Positions 38,243 through 51,204 are shown, numbered from the stretch's first letter. The stretch is 64,000 nt of DNA from Vicugna vicugna (GCA_013265495.1 MU058009.1:2931780-2995779), one strand, 5' to 3'. Program-made: numbers and translations. Notes: generated from the letters alone by a model not told the origin.

Positions 38243-39077
38243 TGTAAGTCAGGGCTGTTTTGGTTACAATGAATAAAAGCTTAATCTAAACCAAAGGGCT
38301 TATTTTTGCCTCATTTAAAGCTGTGGAAGGGGAGCGTGGGCCTGGCTTCAGGTCAGGTGCATTAGGACCTGCTCTCTGTCTCTCCCCACCTTTCTCAGGT
38401 TTCTGTCCTCTGTGTGGTGTCAAGATGCCTTCTTATAGCTTAGACCTCATCCTCCGAGGTTGCAGTCTGCCAGAGAAGAAGCGAGTGATCGGTCCCATTG
38501 GCTCTGGCTGTGTTCCATGTTGACCCCTGAATCAGGCACCATGGCCAGGGAAGCATGGGGATCTCTGCAATGCACTAAACTCTTTCCCCCCAAACTCATA
38601 TGTTGAAGCATGAACCCCCAGTGTGATGGTCTTTGGAGGTGGGGCCTTGGGGAGGTAAAGCTTAGACGAGGTTGTGAGGGTGGGCCCTCATGATGAGGTC
38701 CGTGCCTTTGCAAGAAGAGACCAGAGAGCTTCCTCTATCTCTCTGCGGTGCGAGGACGTAGTGTGAAGGTGGCCGCCTGCAAGCCAGGAAGAGAGCCCTC
38801 ACTGGGAGCCGAACTGGCTGGCATAGTGATCTTGGACTTCCAGCCTCCAGAACTGTGGGAAATGAATTCCTGCTGCTTTGGTCGTGCTGTCTGGGGTATT
38901 TTGTCATGGAACCCCGAGCTGACACTCCCCATGGCCAGGCTTATCCCGTCAGCTGGGGTGGAGTCGGTTTCTCCCAAGCACATGGACTGAGAATGGAGAG
39001 GGAATGAGTCCTTAGAGGAAATTCTGGGCAGAGTTGCTAGAAGGGTGGTTGGAAGCAGGCAGCAAAGCAAGTGTCCA
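38243..39077 (-). mobile_element. Old MLT1 (K/L-like) LTR, interrupted by MLT1A
   Basis: 'taagtcagggctgttttggttacaa...cctggcttcaggtcagg' continuing after 38925 with 'aagcacatggactgagaatggagagg'. Confidence 0.6.
38566..38924 (+). mobile_element. MLT1A-type MaLR LTR
   Basis: 'cccaaactcatatgttgaagc...gcaagccaggaagagagccctcac...gatcttggacttccagcctccagaactgtg'. Confidence 0.9.
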
Positions 39078-39477
39078 TGTGAGACCTCTCTTTGGACAGA
39101 AGGAATAGTTTCCCGGCTTGGTGGGTTCGGGTATCAGGGCAGCCTCTCTGGGAATGTGACTGGATCACTCCTTCTGTATATAAGAGGGGGGGAAAGAGGA
39201 GAAGAAAGAGGAGAAAGCTTAGGGCCAGCCGCGGTCCAAGCAGCTCCGTGATTTGGGGCCTTGCCCTTCCCCGGGGAACATGGCAAGATGTTTCTGGCAG
39301 AAAGGACTGTTGAGAATTTTGTTCCCTGAGTCCCAGGTTTCAAAGTTTAGTTGTTTGGATGAGAAGCTTGTGCCAGGAAGGGAAACTCTAAGGAGTATCT
39401 TTGCCGGGGAGTATCTTGTTGACAGTTGGAGTATCTTGCTGAGGTTTGGCGTGAGTTCTGGACTGACCAGCCTCACA
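39078..39477 (+). mobile_element. Candidate solo LTR, family not recognised
   Basis: Inverted termini TGTGAG...CTCACA, flanks tcca/tcaa (4-bp TSD, 1 mismatch), TATATAAG at ~39177-39184. Confidence 0.55.
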
Positions 39478-40619
39478 TCAATCCTTAAGATCCATCGCTG
39501 TTAGGCCAAGAGCAGCCCCTCGCACCTGGTGGAGCAAGAGTTATGCAGGTGTCCAGAAAAATGAAGTGCAGACTGGCTGGTCCCAGGCCAGTATCTCCAC
39601 CAGAAAACTTTGTAAGAAAAGGAGCTGGGGTGAGCAGCGGGCAGGTACGGATGCAGGGTTTTATATAAACCTCCAAGGAGGTGAAAGGGAGAGAATCTTT
39701 GAATAGAACCAGATAGTGGTTTCTCTGTTCCAGACTAATGACAGGTTCCCCAGGGTCAGTCACGGCCATGGGGACAGAAGAGAGTGCCAAGCTTACTGGC
39801 GGGCAGCGATTCCAAAACTCCCCCATCCTCAGAGGTTGACAGGAGGTTGACCTGGCGTTGCCCTGCACTCTGGGGATTGCAAGGAGTAGAGCGGTGCCAG
39901 GAAGAACCAGCCAGAGGCACGCAGAATGTGCAGCACGGTGAGGTTCTCCCTTGTCTGCTGGGCACTGTGTCGGATGTCACACATGATCCCCTCAACCACT
40001 CTCAGTGGTAGTCAGGACCGCCCTTTACAGAAGAGGACACTGAGGCTCTGAGCCCGGCAGGCAGCTAGGGAGTGGTGCGGCCATGCTGACCCAGACCTTC
40101 CTGACTCCCATGGCTGCGTGGGCTTCCTTCGCACACGTGTGAGCTGCAGGCGCAGCAGGCCCTGGTCGAGCTCTGTGCATACGTGCAACCCTCCTCTTAG
40201 CTGTCCTCCAGGGCGGGGTTGTGTCTTGTTCGCCGCCTACCCCAGTGGCTAGTCGTACAAGTTGGAAAAATACAGAGTACATGTAATTTTCTTACTAACC
40301 CTCAGAGTAGGTATTTAAAAGCTCCTAATATGGAAACGAGGGACCTGAACCTCAGAGTTCAGGTACGTTTCCTAAGCGCTCTTAGACAGTTACTCAGACT
40401 CAGGTCTGTGTGGGTTCAAAGTCGGTGATCTGTTATCTGGTGTATCTTCCCCCTTGACCTGCCCTGTGGATATTCTGGGCATGTCCCCGCTAGGCAGAGA
40501 GTGAGCTGGATGGGGATGGGGATGGGGATGGCAGTGGTGGTGGGATTTGCATCAGTCTGGAGGCAACAGAGGAGCCAAGAGGTAGACCAGTAAGCTGGAT
40601 GCCGCTCCACCTCTTTTTC

Positions 40620-41720
40620 AGTTAGAATATCTGCTTCACTTATTGCAATTTCTTTCTTAAGATTTTATTTTTTCCCAAATGGGAGCTTTTTTTTTTGTCC
40701 TCAAGAACAGATTTCATAAAGAAAAATGTTATTCAGAGGTTTCTTTGGTTTTTAGAAATTAATATTTAATTTATTAGAGTTATAGACCTACTGTATAATT
40801 TATGAAATGACACACCTCGTTTTACCTTAAAGCTCACTTTACAAATTGTATTATAGTAATAAGTTTATCAAGTGTTGTCAATTACTATTAAGGAAGCATT
40901 TGATTTGATTAATAATTGGGCCCATTTATAGACATAATATGCCTCTAAGCTTTCAATTTATAAATTGAATATTTTAAACTCATTTTTAAGTCCTTCAATA
41001 TCTTAGCAAAATAAACCTTCTAAGATTCTTAAGTAACTCTTACAAATTTAATAAAATAAACTTACATATATGGTGATCCTTAAGTGCTCTTAACTGTTCC
41101 AAAACTATATATAAACTTAGAAAAATTAAACTTAAATATACAAGTCTAAATCAATTAATCACACATTTAAACCTGGAATTTTTAGTGTAAGTATATTTCA
41201 TAATAGTCCAGGCAAGGTCTCTTGAATATTACAAATACACTACCAAGTAAGCACAGATTTCTTCTTAATGCATAAATATTAATGTTCTAAGTTTAGTTCT
41301 CTCAAACATTTCTATTCCTAATTCTAAATCTTCCCAGAGTTAAAAGATGCTTACCCACTAAGGAAATAATAATGCCAATAATTCTCCCAAGCAATTTTGG
41401 GAGAATTCAGGGATTTTAGCTAGGATTTGAGCCTGGACTCTTTCCAGCCCTAATTGTAGTCCACACCAGGGACTTTCACAGTGTTAAAGCTGTTGGTCTT
41501 TACAGAGGACCGTACAAACTGGTGTGGCCACACAGCTACTTACCGCTGGCACCTACCCTGTTCCTTGGGACCCGCAGTGTCCAGGGTGTTGAGAATTTAG
41601 GGTGTCACCGCTGCATGCATTCCTTTCGCTCCCCTAAGCCCCATCCCAGGCTGGTCACAGAAGCCTGCGACCAACTCAGGCTGAGTTCATCTTGCTTTTC
41701 TTTGTCTCGGATATATTAAT
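40620..41720 (-). mobile_element. AT-rich block resembling non-autonomous ERV1 (MER4-group) internal sequence
   Basis: Abrupt AT-rich island without ORF, beside an LTR cluster; minus-strand donor GCG|GTAAGT near 41538-41546 as in a retroviral leader. Confidence 0.4.
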
Positions 41721-41964
41721 TTCTTTTCCATTTAGCTCCAGTGACCTTTGACATTGATGGAATTCTATCTTCTTTCCATATTCTTCCTGACCAGTAGGAC
41801 CACACAACTCACACAGTTATTAAAATAATATCCGATTACATCCTGCAAATCTCACAGCTTCTAGGGCAAAATGCCTGACAGTTTTACAATGGTTTCTATT
41901 GTTTAAAAAGATGTTTTAAAACATAACACTGGTAGAATCTTCAAGGTTTAGAAGAAAGAACAAA

Positions 41965-42150
41965 TATTTCAGGAGCACCTGCTATGAGCCAAGCACTCCG
42001 TGCATATTATTTCATTTTTGTCTTCCAACACACCTTTCAAGGGTTTATTTTTATCCCCATGTTCAAATGAGGAAGCTGAGGTTCATGGAGGTTTCAGTTT
42101 TTCCAGGTCACATGGCAGATAAATGGTGAAGCGAGGACTAGCTTTTAGGA
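41965..42150 (-). mobile_element. MIR SINE
   Basis: 'gagcacctgctatgagccaagcac...ttatccccatgttcaaatgaggaagctgagg...aggtcacatggcag'. Confidence 0.8.
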
Positions 42151-42817
42151 TTGTTTGCAGAACTCACGATCCTTTCTATATGCTGTTCCCATGGCTTTGA
42201 AGGTTTTATTGCCAGGCTCTCCGAACAATGGGCCAGTCTCCTCACTTCTTCACCCTGACGATCGAAACTTTCTAGTACTGCCTGGTCTTTCCAGACAACT
42301 ACAAAGCTCAAAAGCAGTATGTGTTCCCTTCCCCTCACAGTTTGTAAGCCATCAAAAACCGGGTTGAGACTTCCAAAGCTTTTGATGACACAGCACATGG
42401 AGGGCAAGCCCTGAGATGCCAGTTACAGCCACAGCTGCGGGTCCAGGTCCCAGGGCCCGAGGGGGCTGCCACGTTCAAGCCTGACCTCGGCCGAAGTCCT
42501 AACGCTCCTCCAGCCCCACCCTAGGCATCTTGAGCTTCCTTGCCTCTCTGGGAGGCATCCAAATAGTTCTCGACTTGAGCACTTTCCTTTGCCTTCTTCT
42601 CTGTTTGCCCAGGTGAGACCTACTCTCTGGGCCAAGTCCCAGGGTAGCTCGGGACTCACACCTTCCTAAGAAGAAGGTGGTCACGGGGTCACAGCCCCAG
42701 GGGCTGAGCCAGCTTCTCTGCGGCCTGGCCCGTAGTCACCGTGCGTGGTTGCATGAGGAGGAAGGAGAGGGCTGGGTTCTGGTAGAAATTCCATGCCCCC
42801 TTTGCTGGCGGTTGGGC

Positions 42818-42831
42818 CCAGCAGGGGGCAG
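42818..42831 (+). promoter_or_regulatory. CTCF core motif
   Basis: CCAGCAGGGGGCAG matches CCASYAGRKGGCRS at every position; motif only, binding unproven. Confidence 0.45.
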
Positions 42832-43440
42832 GCTTCTGGCAGAGTGCAGAGCCCAGGGCTGCATTTGAGTGACCCCTGATGCTAAGACATGGTGTCGGCC
42901 CACTGGGCCCTGGAGCCACAACCAAACGATCTTGGACTGGGAACAGGCGTCCTGATTCCTGTCTTGGCTTTGTCATTGACCAGCTGTATGATTTTGGGCC
43001 GAAGTATGATTTAAGGTGGCCTCCACCCATTACTTTGGTTTTTATTTTATTCCATTAAAAATGCTCTTTGTGACATTCTTGGACATAGGGTTTTAAAAAA
43101 AAATCATAGATCACTCTTATGCATACACAAAAAAGGAAAATATGAGTGAATAAATGGATCAAAATGTTCTTAAAATGTCCTCATTTTTTTGAATTGCTTT
43201 TTGGCTTAGGCATTAAAACCCCATTTTCCCATGCAGTTGTCCTGCGTGCTAGGTGAGGTTGCTGATGGTTGAAGGTTGACGGTGTGGTGGCAAGGGAGGC
43301 TCCCAGAAATGCCAAAATCACCCCAGCAAGCTTCTAAGGCCCCTGAGGCACTGCACACCCAAGGAACAGTACAGTGGAGTGGGAATTCAAGTGTCCCTAG
43401 TAACTCTTGTCAAACTGAGACCTCTGATCGAAGGTCCTCA

Positions 43441-44085
43441 TGTTGCCGGCAACTAGGTTCTTGTCCCGTTGCAGAAAGAATTCAGAGACAAGATGCAGAG
43501 GTTAAGACAGTAAAGTGGGGATTTGTTAAGGGCTGGACGGCACACTCTCAAGGGGAGAGCGGGCAGGCTCAGGTGAGCGGCTACCCTGAGTTTCTCTGGC
43601 ACGTTGGTTACACAGGGTGTAGAAATGAGTAGGCGAAATAGTCACTGGGGAGGGACGGGTTTGGGATCACATCCCCTGATTTTCCTCCCAGCTCCCCCTT
43701 CCCGAGGGGAGGAGGGATTTTTGTCCTTATTCAGTCTGGATCGGAAGTGTCACTGCATCAGTGCATCATGGGTACCTCTACTCTGCAAGGCTAATTTTAT
43801 TGAAGTGAGGGCAGAAGTGAACAAGAGGTTACAATCAGACGCTGGAGATTCCTGCCTTTTCCCACCTTTCTTTGTCGGCCTCTGGGGTACTTCTCACCCC
43901 AAAATGTGTGACCACTTATCAGGCCAGAGGTTCCTGCTTTTCTTTCTCTGCCCAGGGACTCCTATTGTTTACATGATGCAGGGTTTCCTGCATTTGGCCG
44001 GTGCCCCTCCTTTCTGCCCAGTTCCTGCCATTTGGCCTGCATCCCCCTTTCTTGGCTCATATCTAGCTGTCTGTCTGTGCTAACA
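43441..44085 (-). mobile_element. ERV1-class solo LTR (645 bp)
   Basis: TGTT...AACA termini; 4-bp flanks ctca/ctta; minus-strand U5-like end 'tgaattctttctgcaacgggacaagaacc' typical of ERV1 LTRs. Confidence 0.85.
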
Positions 44086-44924
44086 CTTAGAGCCTAGGTC
44101 ATGAGAGGCCTAATGAAGGTCTTTGCTTCTGCTGTAAATCCCAGTTTCGACCAGCCCAGGCAGTGGGGATTAATGGGGGACACTGGAGGCATCTCTAAGG
44201 TAGAACTGCCCATTTTTTACCAGGAGATTCTGAAATCCTTCTGGTTTTCTGCTTTCTTCATCAAAGGGTTAGCTCAGAGCACCGTAGCTCACCCCGGGCT
44301 AAGGGACCGGATCCATTCTCTGGACCGGTCTGGGTGCCAGTTGCTGGGCCAGGGACACAGCTTGAGTCTCCATTATGAGGCTGGGACGCCCAGCCAAAAG
44401 GAGACGCCTGAAAGGGAGTCAGCGATTCTGCGGAGCTGCATTGTTTTCTGGGAGAGGAAAGCAGCTGAGCAGCAATAGCCACGTTCACCCTGCAGACAAA
44501 GGAACACTTGGTGGGAGGAGTCACCGCCCCTCCGGCCTCGCCTTCCCTGTCGCCCCACAGGGTGCTGAATAGAGGCTTTGGTGGGGGCGGGCATTGAAAC
44601 CTGCAGGCTTGGGCCCTTCCCCCCTCCCTCCCTAGATAACCAGAGCTCTTTCCTTTTCACTGAGAAGTGGGGACCGGTAGGTATTAGTGATGGGAAACGA
44701 TCCCTTCCCCCAAATCCAAGAAGAGACTCAAACTTCCTATTCCCAAGTGGCCTCGAGGAGCCCTGGCCGAAGTCTCTCGCTCAGTTCCCGGGAATAGCTG
44801 AGAAACTACTTCAGACAAGCATGGTGTGATCCTAGTCGTCTGCGCTCGCCAAGCAAGTGAAGTGGCTTGGGACACCCTGTGAAGCCAAAAAGATAAGAGT
44901 ATGGATGTGTTTCAGAGAGGTTAC

Positions 44925-45125
44925 AACCATGAGTTTGGAGACACGGAGAGCTGGTTTTGATTTCTGGCCCTGCTGCTTATCCTGTGAGATGGGCTCTCAG
45001 CTCTCTCGGAACCTCAGTGCCCATCGCTAGAAGTGGATGACAACAATGTCCACCTTACGTGTGCGCTGAAGGTCGTAGCCCGGTGCCTGGCACCTCCTCC
45101 AGCCAGTAGATGATAGCTGTTCTTA
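44925..45125 (+). mobile_element. MIR SINE
   Basis: 'gagtttggag...ctctctcggaacctcagtg...gtgcctggcac'. Confidence 0.55.
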
Positions 45126-46519
45126 TTGCCTAGGGCGGGAAAGGGCAGATGACTCAGCACAGAACTAGCCATTTAGCACAGAAATTCCTCTTATGTTCCA
45201 CTGCCTCTCCCCCAACCCCAGCACATTTTACTAACATCTATAAAAATCTTGACACAGTGTGGAGTCTTGCCGCAAATGATGTAATGAAGAAGCCACTAAT
45301 GGGATGTGGTGAGATGTGGTGCATGTGTGAATATGTGGTACCAATTCAGGGAGTCAGGATACGTTCACTGATTCTTTGGCCACTAGATATATGATGCCGT
45401 CCCACCAGCAGGTGTAATTTCCTATTGCAATGGTCCTGTTTTCTTCTGTTTTCTGGATAAAGATGTTAAGTCTTTAGTTTTTAAAGCGTCCCAGTGCCTT
45501 CCCCCCTCTGATTAAAAGCAGTAGCTATAGAAATGGTATTTCTAGAAACACCAGTAGGAACTGAATGCTGGCTTCTGTGTAACCATCTGTGAAGGGCAGT
45601 TTTCTGGGACTTGGTTAAACTCTTGTCATTAGGGTGCTGGCATTACAGTTACGGGTGGCTACAAGCAGCTTCAAGGGTCAGGAAAACAGTAAGAAGCCTT
45701 TCAATGCCAAATAGCCAGTCTTTCCTAGGTAAACAGGGTCCCCTCCTGAGGAATGTCTCAGCCAGCTAAGAATCTGGAAATCCACGCTGTGGCCATTCAT
45801 CACCGTTGACTTCCAACCTACTCCAGAAATGTCCCAGGCTAGGCAAGAGACTGAGGCACTTTATTTGAAAGCTCCCCCTTCTATTACAAAGCCCAAGAGA
45901 CAGACCAAAAGAATTCGAAAATAAGGAAAAGTGAGTGTCCAGGAAGGGCTGGACATTCTTTATCAGGAAGTCATGGAGCGTTGGCTCTGGGAGGAATCTC
46001 AGAGATGAGCTGTTGTCCTGGTCCAAAGCATTCATTTTACAGGTGAGAAAATGCAGGTCTACGCGGGTAGAGTGCTTAAGATCGTTGGAGACTGGAGTTC
46101 AGATTTTCTGGTTGCTGGTTTTGGTTTCTCTTCTAACAGAGATCTCTGTCACCTGCTTGCGGGTTGCCTGCTGGGCACTCGGGTATGGAGGGGCTAGGAC
46201 CCCTCACCTTGCAACAGGGAACCGTGCAGTCAGAGACACAAGGCACACGTGGCGTGCCTGAGAGTCACATGACAGGCACCAGCAGTGTGATGGAGCTGAG
46301 CAGCAGAGGAGAGACCTTACTCTTGATGGGCCAGGGAAGCTTTCAAAGAAGGTGGGATTTCAGGCGGGCCATGAGGGCTGTGTGGGGTTAGGATGGGAGG
46401 AGAGGAAGGTCATTCTAAGTGGGACAAAGACATGTTCAGAAGAGCAGAGCTAGGGCAGTGAAGGAATCTTTGTGAGTCAGAGACCACTTGGCAGAAGCAG
46501 GCATTTTCCTGGGATCACA

Positions 46520-46670
46520 GGATGTTAGAATTGGAAGACACTTCAGCGACCCCGAGGCCCAGTCTCCTCACTTTACTGGTGAGAATATTAGGGCCAGAGA
46601 GTTCAGGTGGCTTGGCCAAGGTTACATGGCTACGAAGGGCAGACTGGGGATTGGAACCCTGGCCCGTGAC
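46520..46670 (-). mobile_element. MIR SINE
   Basis: 'ctcactttactggtgagaatattagggccagagagttcaggtggcttggccaaggttacatggct'. Confidence 0.75.
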
Positions 46671-49600
46671 CTCGTATCCAGTACATGTTCTACTACACCC
46701 TGCCCCGAGGGAGGTGATAACAGAGACAGAGACCACAGACGACCTTGCAGGAGACACAAGACGTTTGGTTAAGCACTGAAACCTTTGTCTTTGAACTGGG
46801 CAGTGACACATGGTCAGAGGGATGAGCTGGTGGTGGCCTGCAGGATGGGTGGGAGGGATTTGAAAGGAGAGACAGGGAGAGACAGACAGAGACCAGACAG
46901 AGAGGCCCAGACCTGGACCAGCTTTGAGACAACACGAGCTGAGGTGGTAGCGGAGAGGATGACTGCGAGAGAGACTTGAGCCATTGGCTGCGGGAGAGTC
47001 AGGGAACCGGAGAGGATGGAGTCAGACTGTGCTGGAAGTCCGGAGTTGACCAGCTGTCCATGGAAGAAAGCACCTTACCCTTTCCCCTTAGCTCCCCACC
47101 CATGTGTTCATTCTTTCTTTCAACCAATGTTTTTGCGCCTGTGCAAGGTGTTCCGTGTTCACACCAGCCCGCGACCAACTGCATGCGATGCCTCTGTTGT
47201 TTTCTTGGGATCTGCCCCCTTGGACTCTTCTTGGTCAGAGTTGTTGTAGAGAATTGAGGCGAAATAAGGGGAACAGCTTGGTTATTGAAAAGAACCTGGT
47301 TGTCTGGGAGGGTGTTGAAAAGCCAGCAGGATTTCCAATGGGAGGAGGATCAAAGTGTCTTGGGAGGGGAGGGGGTGGGCCCTGTGCACGCAGAGGCTCC
47401 TGGTCTTTGGGAGAATAAAAGATGCCAGTATGACGGCAACAAAGGGGACTCCTGTGCTTCGGGTCCGTGGCCTGAGGGAGTGCTGAGCAGCCTTGGTCCT
47501 GGGGGCGGGCGGACTGCCCTCCAGGAGGGTGGAAGCGCCTTGTGTCCCCCATCAGAATCAGGGCCGGTGTGAGGGCTCTGCAAGTCAGAGGGAGGTGCAG
47601 AGACCACAGCTTAGAGGATGGAGGGCTGCTGCAGGCAGAGTCTCTGCTCTCCTTCCCTTTCATTCTGTCTCAGAGACTCCTACCCCAGCCTGATCTTTGA
47701 ATACCTTTGGTTTGTCCTTCTCTTCTTGGCCATTTTGACTGTTTTTGTCCCAAAGGTTCAGTCTTACCGACTGGCCTCTTGAACAAATATGGCAAATAGG
47801 TCAAAACACAGGAGCCAACGAACAGACTGATTGTAGCACATTGAGAAGTTTTCTCTCCTGCACCAAGGCCAAGCATAACAGTTCTAGGCACACAGGAGAC
47901 TTCAAAGTGATTTCACTTATTTTTGTTTCTGTCTCCTGATAATGTCGAGTGAAAATAGGGTGGAAGGAGGTCCACAGAGTAGGTTGGGGAAACGTGGTCA
48001 AAACCTCCAAGCCAAATCGCTTCCCATCCACCTTCCAAAACGCAGAACTGCCCTGAACACCTTCCGGCTGGCTCCTGTGCCCTCTGCGGGCAGGATGGCT
48101 GGGTTCACAGAGGTGCGCTCTGGAAGCCTGGCTCTGCTGCCTTCCAGTGTGCATGAACTTGGTAAATTACAGTGGATTCCTCCAGACTTTGTTCTTCACT
48201 GGTAGCATCAGTGTGATCCGTGCCTTGCCCATTCCTAGCAGGACCACTTAGCAAGTCTCCAGCAGAGAGGAGATACGGATCAGGATGAGCTCTGGGTGAG
48301 ACCAGCGCGGCGTTTAGGACCCGGTCTTTAGTTCATGCTGCTGTCTCACTCAGAGCCACTTCCTGTGTAGGATTCTGGGATCAGAGAAGATCAGCCTTGA
48401 AGAAGTGTGACCTTCAGAAAAGAGGTGACTGTGTGGTGGGGGCTGCCATGCTCGAGTTCATCCTGGAGGTCAGCTCCCTCAGCGGGCCGCCTTGTGCCTG
48501 GACACCATGGACAGATGCCCATTTAGATTTTATTACAGGAAGCCAAAGGACGGGGCCATGTGTGGTCAGGGAAGTCATGTCCCAGCAGGAAAGAGTGACT
48601 TGTGCAAACGGCGAGCTGAGCCGGGAATGCAGCCTGGTCGTCCTGTCACCCCGCCCCCCACCCCAGGCCTCGGGACCGGGCTGCTTCTTGCTCCCTGTAT
48701 CCTGGATTGGGCATCTCTGGAGCCAAGAGGGGGACATCAGGGCCTCCGGTAAACTCACTCTGCTGCTCTGGTCTGCTTGGAGGGCAGCGGTGTCAGAGCT
48801 CCAAGGGAAGGGCTTTGCACCCTGGTTTCTTGGAGGCCAGTGGTGGGAACAGGTCCTTCCCTGGAGACTAGAAGGAGGCAGTGAGCTTTGAGGAGCCTCT
48901 GCAGGCATGGCCGGCAAGAGCCACTGAAGCGTTGAAGGAAAGGGAGAGAATGATTTATGAGCAAAATCTAAATGAGCAGAACTTGCCGGCTTGCCCTCGG
49001 CACCAGCTGAGGGGCGAGGGAGAACATTCTGCACATATTTCAGAGGCACTGGTGCCAGAGAACTCAGTGGCCCAAACTGGGTGGAAGGGAGGGAGGGGTG
49101 ATCGGGCTAAGCCTGTCAAGGAGTCGTTCCCAGAGCGATCAGGAGGCGGCCTCCTCTCCCGGGGCACAGGGCTCAAGGGCTGGCGGATTCCAGGATGCAG
49201 ACAACAGGGGCCAGAGAAACAGGCCCATATCCCTTTTCCTGTGGAGAGATTGGGCAGAAAGCATAAGGCAAGATGGGAGTGAGAACAAGACAAATGGGAT
49301 GGCCCTGCCTGTGTCCCGTTCTAATTGGTTTTCCAAGAATCCGCATTATCTGTGTGCGTCCTGGCCTCTCCCCGCTTCCCCTGGGCCCCTCCCTGGAACG
49401 TCTTCCTCGCCAAAGCCTCTACAGCCTGCACAGCCAAGTTCAACCTCTACCTCCTTCAGGAAGCCCCTCCCAACCTCAAATGCTGTCCTTATGCACCCCT
49501 ACCCCTTGGAAAGCCACAGTACTAAAGATTCTGAGATGTTCTGTGGTAAATAAAGAAATATTTTGGAATATGTTTATCCCAATATTTTGATCTGTTCGAT

Positions 49601-49794
49601 CACAAAAATCTGTGTATATGTAAATATGTTACATGCTGGCTGAAGGCTTCCTCATGGTGAGCCCTGTGTGTATGACCGGCTCCCCTAGTTGCACCCTAAG
49701 TGACTCAGTGGCAAAGGCCACACGTGCGGCTTCCTTTGCAATCCCCAGAGCACCTATCAGACCCTCGGTGCTCACAACATTTGGATTTAATTAA

Positions 49795-50330
49795 AAGGGA
49801 AAGCAGAACATTAGCAACAAAATGAAAAACAAGTGACAATACTTGGGAAAATATGCAATATACGTAGAACGGAGTGATAGCTTGAACATGGAGAAATTTT
49901 TGTCAATCAATAAGAAAAACAATGAATGCTGCGAGAGAAGCGGGAAAGAAATTGTAAACGTTCAATTCACTAAGCTTACATACATCTGGATAGCTAACCT
50001 TGTAATAATTAAAAATATGAAAAAACATACCACTTTATCAATTAACCTGGCAAAGAAGCAGCACTTGGGTTAGTGAGGATGCAGGGAAATTAAGCCCTAT
50101 TTTACGTTATTGGCTTTTTAAAAGTCAGTATATAACTGTCTTTTAAGGATGTGCTAAAAATGGGAATTTTCCCATCATGAATCATTTATCAAAAATGCAT
50201 ATTTCTGGTCGTATAATATTCCACAGTATGGAGTTTAAAAATGCATTTAGCTGCCGTTTTGACTGGGCACTTAGGTTGTTTCCAAGGCCTTGTCTGATCT
50301 TAGATTATTACCTGAGGGTCAGATTTTAAT
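49795..50330. mobile_element. Old L1 (L1ME/L1M-type) fragments in both orientations
   Basis: 'aaaaacaagtgacaatacttgggaaaatatgcaata' (+) and 'tgactgggcacttaggttgtttccaa' (-). Confidence 0.55.
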
Positions 50331-50333
50331 CAG

Positions 50334-50720
50334 GTATTAGGTATATTCTGCTATGTAATAAATCACCCCCAAACTAACTAAATAGTACATAGCTCAAAAC
50401 AACAGTTGTAGTTCAGTCTGGTTTCTGTGGGTTAAGGGTTTGGACAAGGCACAGCGGGGCCACCTGCCTCTGTCCCATGCTTTCCGGAACCTCACCTGGA
50501 AGCCTGGCGGCCTGGCTCTGGAATCACCCGCAGTCTCATTCCTGAGCCTGGCAGAGGGGCCTCAGCGGGGCTGTCGGCTTCCTCCCGTGGCCTGGGCTTC
50601 CCCCAGCGTGGCGGCTGGGCCCCCGGGACAGGCACAAAGGGTACGGTATCAGTTTCCTCTTGCTGCTGTAACAAATTACCACAGACTTCGTGGCTTCACC
50701 CACCGCAAACTCATGCTCTT
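50334..50720 (-). mobile_element. MLT1 (E/F/H-like) MaLR LTR
   Basis: 'tgctatgtaataaatcacccccaaa...tttctgtgggttaagggtttggacaaggcacagcgggg' and 'ttgctgctgtaacaaattaccacagactt'. Confidence 0.75.
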
Positions 50721-51204
50721 CTTGTCCTGGCAGTGAGAGTCTACATTTTCTTTGCTGAGTCTAGCAATCCCAGCCCCCTTTAACCTTCTTGGTGACTGGC
50801 GGCCTGGGGAGGAGTGGTCTTTGGGTTCCAGGAATGGAAGGAAGACGGGGCGCTAGCGGGCCGCCGGGCCTGGAGCACCGCGCTGTCCTCCCAGCTCGCC
50901 CACCCCCACCGCCTCTTCCTGTGCCTGCACATTCTGCCTGGAGCACCTCCCGTTTGCTGAGTGGTCGTCGCTTTTCCCTGGTCGTCGGGGCCACCCCAGC
51001 AGCTATTGGCCCTGTTCCCTGGGGTCCTTTTCAGGGAGTTAAATCCATTCATCAGAGAGTGAGCACCCCGAAGTCAGTTTGTGTTCACTGACCAGTCTTG
51101 TATCCCTGCTGCTTTGTTTCCATTTTCTGTTTTTTTGGGTTTTTTGGGTTTTTTGGGTCTGTTCCCATGCACTGATACGAACATATCAAAGATCCAATAT
51201 TCTT

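Noticed and set aside
2032..49707. Scattered AP-1 (TGASTCA) and NF-kB-like motifs
   Set aside because: Isolated short motifs occur often by chance in 64 kb and I saw no clustering
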